From assembly GCA_043822705.1 (NCBI GenBank), contig JBDRBK010000036.1, forward strand, positions 1 through 16,579: a DNA stretch of 16,579 nucleotides. The letters run 5' to 3'. Under the pieces are notes generated by a model. The model worked only from the letters and a program-made list of their open reading frames with translations. It ran no database searches and was not told the origin of the DNA. Below, in pieces: positions 1-7,472 of this stretch (position 1 is its first letter; each line of letters begins with the position of its first letter). Source of the stretch: Fidelibacterota bacterium (lineage in GTDB: Bacteria > Fidelibacterota > Marinisomatia > Marinisomatales > TCS56). Position numbers and translations under genes: made by a program.

Positions 1-1071
1 GCGCTGCTGGGTTTCAGTGGAATAATTGAAGGCCGGTTTAAAGAGCGGATAACTGAGGAGGAAAAGGAATATTTCCGGATTGTACGTGACAGCGGCCAAC
101 GCCTGATGAACACGGTGCACGAAATTCTCGACATATCTGAGCTTACCGCCGGTGTAGTCCCCTACAACCCTAAGATAGTACAATTAGCTGTTCCGGTTGC
201 AAACACTTTCAGCGAGCTTCAGCTAAAAGCCGAAGAGAAGCAGTTGGATTTCAAACTTGATAACCAGATCGGTGAAGGAACCGTCAAGGTCGATGAACCA
301 TCGCTGGTAAAGGCGCTCTCCAACCTGTTTGAAAACGCCATCAAGTACACCGATACGGGCCATGTTCATATAAAGCTATCCGAAAGTAGTGGTAAATATA
401 TATTAACCGTCAGCGATACCGGTATCGGAATTAGCCCGGATTACCTGGGGCAAATGTATGATGCTTTTTCACAGGAAAGCAGCGGCTATACCAAGAAATA
501 CCAGGGCCTGGGACTGGGACTGTCAATCACCAAAAGCTGTCTGGATTTGAATACTATCCCGATTGCAGTAGAAAGCAAGCAGGGTTTTGGCACCACCTTC
601 ACGCTGACTTTTACTCCGGCAGCTGAGACAAAGGAAGCGCCTGTAATCGAAATCGCTCAACCAGCGTCCGGGCAGGCAGTCAAGGTTAAAACGCCTAAAG
701 AAAGACCGGTAGTACTGCTGGTCGAAGATGATTTAAACAATCGTAAAACACTGCAAGCCATCCTGAAGCGGCACTATGAAACGCCATATGCGGTGTCGGT
801 AAGTGCAGCCAAAGAACAGTTGCGGGAGCACGATGTTGATTTGATCCTGCTGGATCTATCACTTGAAGGCCGGGAAGACGGCCTGGACCTGGTGGCCTAT
901 ATGAAAGCAAAGGACGAGTACAAGGCTATCCCTGTGATTGCCGTTACCGCCCATGCATTTCCCAAAGATCGTGAAAACGCCCTCACTGGCGGCTGCGATG
1001 ATTATATGAGTAAACCGATTGATATAGAAAAATTGCTCGGCAAGATTAGTCAATTTGTCGAGCGTAACTGA
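1..1071 (+). CDS. Hybrid sensor histidine kinase/response regulator, 5'-truncated (end of HisKA + HATPase_c + C-terminal REC)
   Basis: Frame is open from base 1 (ALLGFSGII...RDSGQRLMNTVHEILDIS, the helix after the H-box), so ATG106 is internal. N box NLFENAIKYT, G1 VSDTGIGI, G2 GLGLGLSI; REC motifs VEDD, LILLD, AVTA, SKP. Confidence 0.93.
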   Translation, partial: ALLGFSGIIEGRFKERITEEEKEYFRIVRDSGQRLMNTVHEILDISELTAGVVPYNPKIVQLAVPVANTFSELQLKAEEKQLDFKLDNQIGEGTVKVDEPSLVKALSNLFENAIKYTDTGHVHIKLSESSGKYILTVSDTGIGISPDYLGQMYDAFSQESSGYTKKYQGLGLGLSITKSCLDLNTIPIAVESKQGFGTTFTLTFTPAAETKEAPVIEIAQPASGQAVKVKTPKERPVVLLVEDDLNNRKTLQAILKRHYETPYAVSVSAAKEQLREHDVDLILLDLSLEGREDGLDLVAYMKAKDEYKAIPVIAVTAHAFPKDRENALTGGCDDYMSKPIDIEKLLGKISQFVERN

Positions 1072-1123
1072 CAAAATACCATCTTCACGATTTAGGGGAT
1101 AGGCTCCTTTAATATAAATCAAT

Positions 1124-1154
1124 AAAAAAGAGGCTGCTTGCGCCGCCCCTTTTT
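1124..1154 (-). terminator. Rho-independent terminator of the pta...nagB operon, possibly bidirectional
   Basis: Minus strand reads AAAAAG-GGGC-G-GC-GCAA-GC-A-GCCT-CTTTTTT: a GC-rich stem, GNRA loop and U-tract, 17 nt after the nagB stop. A T-run also follows the stem on the + strand. Confidence 0.8.
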
Positions 1155-1171
1155 CCGAGAGTGAGAGAGAG

Positions 1172-1978
1172 TTATACTGTACAGGGTTCAAGATTTCCTT
1201 TTTCAATATCCTTGAAATATTTGACCGTACCCACCTTCAGTTCGGCGGTGGCGTCCTCGTCGCAGACAATCATTGATTTGGGATGGAGCTGCAGGGCCGA
1301 GGCAGTCCACATATGGTTGACGCCTTCTTCGATGATCTTATGCAGCGCCCGGGATTTGCCGTGCCCGTTGACGATCAGGATGACTTCGGCCGCATCGGTT
1401 ACGGTGGCGACGCCGACTGTCAGGGCCAGTTTTGGCACTTGATTCACATCATTGTTGAAAAACCGTGAATTGGCGATCCTGGTATCGTAGGTAAGGGTTT
1501 TGATGCGGGTACGCGAGTGCAGTGACGAACCGGGTTCATTGAATGCGATATGCCCGTCGGGACCGATTCCCCCCAGAAACAGTCTAATTCCGCCGTAACG
1601 GTCGATTTTATCTTCATAACGCCGGCATTCCGCCGCCAGGTCGGGGGCGTTGCCATCCAGAATATTGATATTATCCAGTGGCATGCCGATCTGCTCGAAT
1701 AAATTCTTACGCATAAACGAATGGTAACTCTCCGGGTGACCTTCCGGGATGCCCACATATTCATCCATGTTGAACGTCACTACGTTCTCGAACGAGACTT
1801 TCCCATCCTGGACCAGTTTCACCAGTTCCTGGTAAGTACCGAGCGGAGATGAGCCGGTCGGAAGACCCAGCACATAGGGCTTTTCCGGGGTGGGGCCAAA
1901 ACCATTGATCGATTTGGCGATATAATGAGCGACCCACTTGCTGAGCCGGTCGTAGTTCTCCTGTACGATTAATCGCAT
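1172..1978 (-). CDS. nagB: Glucosamine-6-phosphate deaminase (canonical, E. coli-like allosteric type)
   Basis: MRLI start, [32 protein letters not shown] (D141/H143/E148 equivalents), SRTRIKT, ANSRFF, TVKYF; AGGAG RBS at 1990-1994. Confidence 0.97.
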   Translation of the reverse strand: MRLIVQENYDRLSKWVAHYIAKSINGFGPTPEKPYVLGLPTGSSPLGTYQELVKLVQDGKVSFENVVTFNMDEYVGIPEGHPESYHSFMRKNLFEQIGMPLDNINILDGNAPDLAAECRRYEDKIDRYGGIRLFLGGIGPDGHIAFNEPGSSLHSRTRIKTLTYDTRIANSRFFNNDVNQVPKLALTVGVATVTDAAEVILIVNGHGKSRALHKIIEEGVNHMWTASALQLHPKSMIVCDEDATAELKVGTVKYFKDIEKGNLEPCTV

Positions 1979-2010
1979 TGATAAAGATACTCCTGTTTAT
2001 TGCTATCAGA

Positions 2011-3972
2011 TTAAGGCAGAATCGAGCGGACGTGGTCGTAGCGGCGTTCGACATCGGCAACCATCTGGTCGAGTTGCCGGATGAAACTGTTGGCTTCGAG
2101 ACTGCCCCGGACCGCCGTAAAATCGGCTTCCCGGTCGCCATCAATACCGAAACCGGTACGCACGTTGCCCTCAAATTCCTTTTTGGCGTCCATTTTTACC
2201 AGGTTCAGGTATTTTCTGGAAGCCACGACCCAGGCATCGACCATTGGCAGCAGGGCCCCGGGTCCGGCCTGCGCCAGTTCACACTTGTTCTGGCTGAGAT
2301 AAGTGTGCAAAAACCAATTCCATTCGTCGGCCTTGTAGGCCGTATAAACAGCGGTCAGCGCCGCTTGGACTTGCTCCAGCGAACCAAGCCGACCGTCTTC
2401 GATCTGTCCGAGTACTTTTTCCAGGCGATCCTGACGACAAAGCAGTCCGGCCACGTCAATCCAGGCACAATCGCCGGTCATACCATCCGGATCGTACTTG
2501 CCAAGGGAAGTATTGCCTTCCCGAACCTGCTGCAGGTGATTCAGCAGCAATTCACCGAAATAGATATCCAGAGCCATCCGGTAATAGCGTCGACAGGTCT
2601 TCAATAACAGGCGCTTGATATGAATACCGTTGTGAATCACGGACTCCTGCCCTTTCCCGGTTTTTTCATAAAGGTCGTCCATGATGCGGTGGCCGCGGAT
2701 CATCTTCTGGGCCGTGTAGGGCGATAGTACGTCGAAAATCAGTAAGTCGAGTTTATCGGAATTTTTACGGCGATCCCGGACCGGCCATTTCAGGCCATCG
2801 CGCACCGTTCCTACGGTCAGGAAATTCATTCCCGGAATCAAGGTCGACCGCCCTTTATCGATATCAATATAGGAAAACGGGAAATCACCGGTATCGAAAT
2901 TGGCGTAATGCTTACCCATCACGGCGGAAAAGGCACCCACCCGCGCCGGCCACAGCAGATAGGAGCCGGAACCGGTCTTGCAGCCCCGTTCCAGAATACC
3001 CTGGTGCACCGGACCCAGTTTGTACATGTGATTGGACTGATTGGTGGCGCTGCCGGCATTAAAAAACGAAAACATTCCGGCGATCAACAGGGTCGAACGA
3101 TGGTGGGTCACCGAATAGGGACCGCCGAAAATCGAACAGACTTCGGAGTGGAAACCCTCGCTGTTGGCAAACATGGTGGAGTTTTCCGCGGAGAACTGTT
3201 TACCGATTTTTGTCGCTTCCCCGATCAAAGTACCGGAGATCAGGGCACCGTCCTTGACGCTGGCGCCCTGCTGGATGATGAAATTTTCGGCGATCACGGC
3301 GCTGCCGACGATAGCCGGTGCTGCGGCTGATGAGGCCACGGTGCCGTTTTGCAGCCGTTCGGCCCCGCTGATTACGGCGGCGTCACCGATCTGGACATCG
3401 GTGATTGTCCGGCAATCAATTATTCGGGCTCCGTTTCCAATAGCCACCCGCCCGGATTTCAGCGTCGCGGCATAATCATCCGCCATTCGGTCGAGATGTT
3501 CGACCAATAATTTGCGCTGCCGGTACAGGCAGGCCAGATAGGCCGTCTGGGCACTGGTGATTGCGGTGATTTTCACTTCCCGACCGCCGCCTTCATTCAA
3601 CACTTCAATGGCATGACCGTTGCCAAATGTTGATTCGCCCTGGCAGTCGATACTGCCGACATTTTCGATAATAACCTTTTCACCGATATCCAGATTGGCC
3701 AGCCGTCCGCCAACATTGGCAATATGGCAATTATCGCCGACCGCGACATTCTCCAGCCAGGTGTTGCTGATACCAGGCCGGTAGGTTTTACCTTCCGATT
3801 CCAGGACGGTAGCAGCGTGTGCGCCGATTTGCACCGATCCCGTGAATTGGCAGTTACGGACACAATCGGGATCGAAGCCATCCGTGACCGTCAGCTTCAA
3901 CCAATCATCGGCACGGCAACCATTTTGCGTCAGTACCTGAATTTCATATTCCGTCAGCGCCCGGTATTCCAC
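2011..3972 (-). CDS. DUF4954-family protein with hexapeptide (left-handed beta-helix-like) repeats; function unknown
   Basis: 653 aa. The N-terminus YRALTEYEIQVLTQNGCRADDW and the motifs EGGGRE, GPYSVTHHRSTLLIAG, GSATNQSNHMYKLGPVHQG and VPFSY-like FPFSY resemble DUF4954 as recalled. Repeats include VGDNCHI, IGEKVII, IGNGARI, IGDAAVI, IGEATKI, VGAFSAV. GTG start with GAGG upstream. Confidence 0.82.
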   Translation of the reverse strand: MEYRALTEYEIQVLTQNGCRADDWLKLTVTDGFDPDCVRNCQFTGSVQIGAHAATVLESEGKTYRPGISNTWLENVAVGDNCHIANVGGRLANLDIGEKVIIENVGSIDCQGESTFGNGHAIEVLNEGGGREVKITAITSAQTAYLACLYRQRKLLVEHLDRMADDYAATLKSGRVAIGNGARIIDCRTITDVQIGDAAVISGAERLQNGTVASSAAAPAIVGSAVIAENFIIQQGASVKDGALISGTLIGEATKIGKQFSAENSTMFANSEGFHSEVCSIFGGPYSVTHHRSTLLIAGMFSFFNAGSATNQSNHMYKLGPVHQGILERGCKTGSGSYLLWPARVGAFSAVMGKHYANFDTGDFPFSYIDIDKGRSTLIPGMNFLTVGTVRDGLKWPVRDRRKNSDKLDLLIFDVLSPYTAQKMIRGHRIMDDLYEKTGKGQESVIHNGIHIKRLLLKTCRRYYRMALDIYFGELLLNHLQQVREGNTSLGKYDPDGMTGDCAWIDVAGLLCRQDRLEKVLGQIEDGRLGSLEQVQAALTAVYTAYKADEWNWFLHTYLSQNKCELAQAGPGALLPMVDAWVVASRKYLNLVKMDAKKEFEGNVRTGFGIDGDREADFTAVRGSLEANSFIRQLDQMVADVERRYDHVRSILP

Positions 3973-3992
3973 GTAGTTCTTGGCCTCAAAAA

Positions 3993-4757
3993 TTATTGTT
4001 TGATTTCGACATTTAATTTGTATTTATCGCCCCGATAAATGCCTTCCAGGTACTCGATCGGCCGGTTGTCCATCGAATAGGTCGTCCCGCGGATGAACAG
4101 AATCGGGCTGCCCTGCTTGATTTTCAGCAACTCGGCCGTGGAACCCTTGCACAAGGCCGGTTCGATGATATGCTCCGCCCGTGACAGATGGATTTTTCGC
4201 TCATGTTCGATGAAGCCGTAGATCGAGATGTTTTCGTCAAAACCTTTTTCCAGCAGGCCTTCACCAACGGCATGGGTCAGGAATGACGTTTCGAGACAGT
4301 ATGGGGTCTCTTCCAGGTAACGCAGCCGCCGCACCATCACCAGTGGTTGTTCGGGTAATTCGTTCAGGCCACGGTAGGCATATTCGTACTTTTCCATGGA
4401 CGGGATAATTTTCTGGATGCGCAGAATCTGGGAATGGGTGTGGTAGCCCATTTTATGCATTACCGCCGAAAAACCTTCCAGTTTGATCAGCATCTGGGTG
4501 GCCGGGATTTCGCGCACGAAGGTCCCCTCGCCCCGCTTGATATGGATATAGCCTTCCTTGACCAGTTCGCGAATGGCCTGCCTTACCGTCATGCGACTGA
4601 TGCCAAAAGCGGTGGCTAACTCGTTTTCACTGGGTATTTTGTCATTCGGCAGCATGGCCTTGGTATTGATCATCTCGATGATGATGTCACGCACCTGAAC
4701 ATAGATTGGCGTGTGCGCGTTCTTATTTATAAAATAATCGGCAAGTCTCTTCGGCAT
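3993..4757 (-). CDS. GntR-family transcriptional regulator, HutC subfamily (wHTH + UTRA), NagR/DasR-like
   Basis: PIYVQV...KIPSENELATAFGISRMTVRQAIRELVKEGYI..KRGEGTFV, then a UTRA domain (RLRY..ETP, PIEY....YRGDKY); GGAG RBS. Confidence 0.93.
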   Translation of the reverse strand: MPKRLADYFINKNAHTPIYVQVRDIIIEMINTKAMLPNDKIPSENELATAFGISRMTVRQAIRELVKEGYIHIKRGEGTFVREIPATQMLIKLEGFSAVMHKMGYHTHSQILRIQKIIPSMEKYEYAYRGLNELPEQPLVMVRRLRYLEETPYCLETSFLTHAVGEGLLEKGFDENISIYGFIEHERKIHLSRAEHIIEPALCKGSTAELLKIKQGSPILFIRGTTYSMDNRPIEYLEGIYRGDKYKLNVEIKQ

Positions 4758-4813
4758 AATTGACTCCGATCGGATTTATACCAATCCATTTGCATAATTC
4801 AATGTCAGACGAA

Positions 4814-5056
4814 TCATCCCCCACTAATTACTTTATCGATAAAAGTAACCGCATCACCAACATTGGTGACAGCCAGTGCGGCATCCTCATCCATTTCAAT
4901 ATCAAATTCTTCCTCGAAAGCCGCCACCAGTTCGATCGATTGAATCGACTCAGCCCCCAGATCTTCGACAAACCGCGATGATTCAGTAATCTGGCTTTCA
5001 TCGATACCCAGCAATTCACAGGTAACTTTTATTATCCGTCCCAGCGTATCCGACAT
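4814..5056 (-). CDS. Acyl carrier protein (AcpP-like, atypical phosphopantetheine motif)
   Basis: 80 aa and acidic. ITESSRFVEDLGAESIQSIELVAAFEEEFDIEM aligns to AcpP [27 protein letters not shown]. Ser37 is retained (codon 4946-4948); AAGGA RBS. Confidence 0.9.
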   Translation of the reverse strand: MSDTLGRIIKVTCELLGIDESQITESSRFVEDLGAESIQSIELVAAFEEEFDIEMDEDAALAVTNVGDAVTFIDKVISGG

Positions 5057-5071
5057 TGAAAAATCCTTGGA

Positions 5072-6301
5072 TTAGTTAATTGATGTTTGATAGGAACCGT
5101 TGGAGGCGATCCGGAAAGTATCATGGGCGATGGCAATCTCTTCGTTGGTCGGAATGACAAACAGCTTGATCCGGGATTCGGCCGACTGAATCTGCAATTC
5201 GCCACCGTTGGCCCGTTCGTTCAGCTGCGGGTCAAGAATAATGCCCAGGTGATCCAGACCGGAGAGAATCCGTTCCCGCATCAGCCAGCCATTCTCGCCG
5301 ATCCCACCGGTGAAAATTATACCGTCCACCCCTTTCAGTATCGCCAGATAGGCGCCGATATATTTTCGAATCCGGTAAGCGAATACCTCCAGTGCTAATC
5401 GTGCCCGGGTATGTCCGCCAGTGGCCAGTTCTTCCAGGTCTCGGACATCATTCGACACTCCCGAAAGCCCCAATAGTCCTGATTTCTTGTTTAATATACT
5501 ACTTAATTCGTCTGGTGAAAAACCTTTTCGTTGCAGAAAAAATACTATTTCCGGATCGAGGTCGCCGCTGCGCGTTCCCATCGCCAGACCTTCCAGCGGC
5601 GTCAATCCCATGCTGGTGTCAATCGATTTTCCCTGGCTGATGGCGGCCACCGAACAACCATTACCCAGATGACAGGAAATCAGGTTGACGGCATACTTGT
5701 CTTTTCCCAACAATTCGGCGGCGCGGCGGGCCACAAAGCGATGGGAAGTGCCGTGGAAACCATAGCGCCGAACTTTATTTTCCTGATAAAACTCGTATGG
5801 CAAGGCGTAAAGAAAGGCAACTTCCGGAATCGTCTGATGAAATGCGGTATCGAAACAGGCCACCTGGGGAATATTGCCGAACAGGCGCTGGGCTTCTTTG
5901 ATCCCGGTCAGATTTGGTGGATTGTGCAGCGGTGCCAGATCGAAATATTCTTCGATGGTCGCTTCCAGTTTATCGTCAACCTTGACCGAACCGGTGAAAG
6001 CTTCACCGCCATGTACTACCCGATGACCGCAGGCGCCAATCTCATCGAGACTGGAGATTACCCCCTTTTCGGGATGGGTCAACATTTCGGCAATCAGTTC
6101 CATCCCCTGTTGATGACCGGAGACAGGCCTCCAGACAGAAAGCTCCTGGCTGTGAGCAATCTGGGAGGCCATGGAATTCCTGTCTCCGATTCTTTGAACC
6201 AAACCATGCGACAGATTTTCTCCGGAAGGCATGTCGTACAACCGGTATTTAATTGAGGAGCTACCACAGTTGAAAACTAATACCTTCAATGATTGATCCA
6301 T
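5072..6301 (-). CDS. ackA: Acetate kinase
   Basis: NCGSSS, GHRVVHGG, LAPLHNP, RRYGFHGTSH, CHLGNG, DTSMGLTPLEG, FTGGIGEN, PTNEE. The true start could instead be TTG at 6289 (MKVLVFN). Confidence 0.96.
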   Translation of the reverse strand: MDQSLKVLVFNCGSSSIKYRLYDMPSGENLSHGLVQRIGDRNSMASQIAHSQELSVWRPVSGHQQGMELIAEMLTHPEKGVISSLDEIGACGHRVVHGGEAFTGSVKVDDKLEATIEEYFDLAPLHNPPNLTGIKEAQRLFGNIPQVACFDTAFHQTIPEVAFLYALPYEFYQENKVRRYGFHGTSHRFVARRAAELLGKDKYAVNLISCHLGNGCSVAAISQGKSIDTSMGLTPLEGLAMGTRSGDLDPEIVFFLQRKGFSPDELSSILNKKSGLLGLSGVSNDVRDLEELATGGHTRARLALEVFAYRIRKYIGAYLAILKGVDGIIFTGGIGENGWLMRERILSGLDHLGIILDPQLNERANGGELQIQSAESRIKLFVIPTNEEIAIAHDTFRIASNGSYQTSIN

Positions 6302-6331
6302 CCCATGTTGTTGCTTGTTCGTTCTTATACA

Positions 6332-7333
6332 CTACACGCTGGCTGTTGAGATTTTAGCCTGAATCGAAGTAATCGCCGTGACGGCGATCAGATCATCGAC
6401 CGAGGCCCCCCGTGACATATCGTTAACCGGGCTGGCAAATCCCTGCAGGATCGGTCCTATCGCCTTGGCGCCAGCCAGATATTGGACCAGCTTGTAGGCG
6501 ATGTTCCCCGAATCCAAATCCGGGAACACCAGCACATTGGCTGACCCGGCCACGGTACTTTCTTTAACTTTTTTGACTGCGACCGCTGGCACCAGGGCGG
6601 CATCGCCCTGCAACTCGCCGTCGATCTCGAAAACGGAATCCAATTCGCGCGCCAGTACCACCGCCGTACGTACTTTATCGACCCGGGCATGATTCGCCGA
6701 CCCTTTGGTGGCGAATGATAAAAAGGCAATCCGGGGCTGGACATTCAGAAGGGCGCGGGCATTCGCGCCCGATGCCAGCGCTATCTCCGCCAGTTCACGC
6801 GCCGAGGGATCGATATTAACGGCACAGTCGGCGAAAATCAGTGGATAATTTTTTATTCCGTTATATTGCGGAACGATCATGATGAAAAAACTGGACGGTG
6901 TCGACATGCCCGGCCGGAACCCGATTGTCAGGGAAGCCGCCTGGATTACCGAAGCGGTAGCACTGGCCACGCCCGCCACCATACCCTCCGCATCGCCGGC
7001 CTTGACCATCATACCACCGAATGACAGCGGTTTTTTCACCAGCCGTCGGGCGATCGATAATTTCACATCCCGCGACCGGATATACAGATCGGCATAGCGG
7101 TCGAGCATGGCATCATTATCCGGATCGACAATTTTGATGGCGGAAAAATCCAAACCAAGGGCATGAGCCTTGCCACGAATAACGGTTTCTTGACCCAACA
7201 GTACCGGAATCGCAATCCCCATTTGCGCCGCCAGTGAAGCAGCACGCAGAATCCGTTCATCCTGTGATTCCGGAAATACGATGCGCGCCGGAGCGCTTTT
7301 GGCTGTTTGGATAAATTGCTGAATCAGTTCCAT
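6332..7333 (-). CDS. pta: Phosphate acetyltransferase (short, catalytic-domain-only class)
   Basis: RIVFPE, FADCAVN, SFATKGS, DGELQGDAA, FPDLDSGNIAYKLVQ, GPILQGF, VNDMSRG; adjacent to ackA. Confidence 0.95.
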   Translation of the reverse strand: MELIQQFIQTAKSAPARIVFPESQDERILRAASLAAQMGIAIPVLLGQETVIRGKAHALGLDFSAIKIVDPDNDAMLDRYADLYIRSRDVKLSIARRLVKKPLSFGGMMVKAGDAEGMVAGVASATASVIQAASLTIGFRPGMSTPSSFFIMIVPQYNGIKNYPLIFADCAVNIDPSARELAEIALASGANARALLNVQPRIAFLSFATKGSANHARVDKVRTAVVLARELDSVFEIDGELQGDAALVPAVAVKKVKESTVAGSANVLVFPDLDSGNIAYKLVQYLAGAKAIGPILQGFASPVNDMSRGASVDDLIAVTAITSIQAKISTASV

Positions 7334-7356
7334 TGGGGTCTCATACTGCCGTATCG

Positions 7357-7385
7357 ATGTTAACTTGTCTATACATCTTAATCAA
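7357..7385 (-). promoter_or_regulatory. Sigma70-type promoter of the pta operon
   Basis: Minus strand: -35 TTGATT (7385-7380), a 17-nt spacer AAGATGTATAGACAAGT, and -10 TAACAT (7362-7357), ending 23 nt upstream of the pta ATG. Confidence 0.7.
7361..7380. promoter_or_regulatory. Putative HutC/NagR-type GntR operator
   Basis: Imperfect palindrome TAActTGTcTAtACAtcTTA. The core TGTCTATACA (7366-7375) fits the HutC-subfamily GT-N-TA-N-AC consensus and lies in the promoter spacer; a HutC-type regulator is encoded in the same operon. Confidence 0.7.
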
Positions 7386-7433
7386 GAAATATTTTCGACC
7401 GATTCTTGATTTTTCTTATAATTAATAGCTGCT

Positions 7434-7461
7434 GGGGACCGTGTTGTCAGACTCAATCCCC
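7434..7461 (-). other. Stem-loop just downstream of the NagB/PIG-L fusion gene (3'-end protector or weak terminator)
   Basis: Minus strand GGGGATTG-AGTCTGACAACA-CGGTCCCC forms an 8-bp stem with two G-U pairs, 11 nt after the stop. There is no good downstream U-tract. Confidence 0.4.
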
Positions 7462-7472
7462 GATATAAAAAA

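Noticed and set aside
1..1071. Hybrid kinase as a regulator of the sugar locus
   Set aside because: It is convergent, separated by a terminator, and its sensor domains lie outside the window; there is no evidence of a functional link.
1094..1110. Short hairpin AGGGG-ATAGG-CTCCT-TT after the kinase stop codon
   Set aside because: Only a 5-bp stem with one G-U pair and a poor U-tract; the 1124-1154 hairpin is the better terminator.
1978..2607. 209-aa + strand ORF, and similar antisense ORFs (5531-6256, 15014-15772, 14196-14690, 15857-16357 and others)
   Set aside because: They lie antisense to well-supported genes and show no recognisable motifs; these are typical shadow ORFs.
4775..4802. Possible internal promoter for gntR (TTGAAT-N16-TATAAA on the minus strand)
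   Set aside because: The -10 lacks the conserved final T and no operator copy is adjacent; too weak to call.
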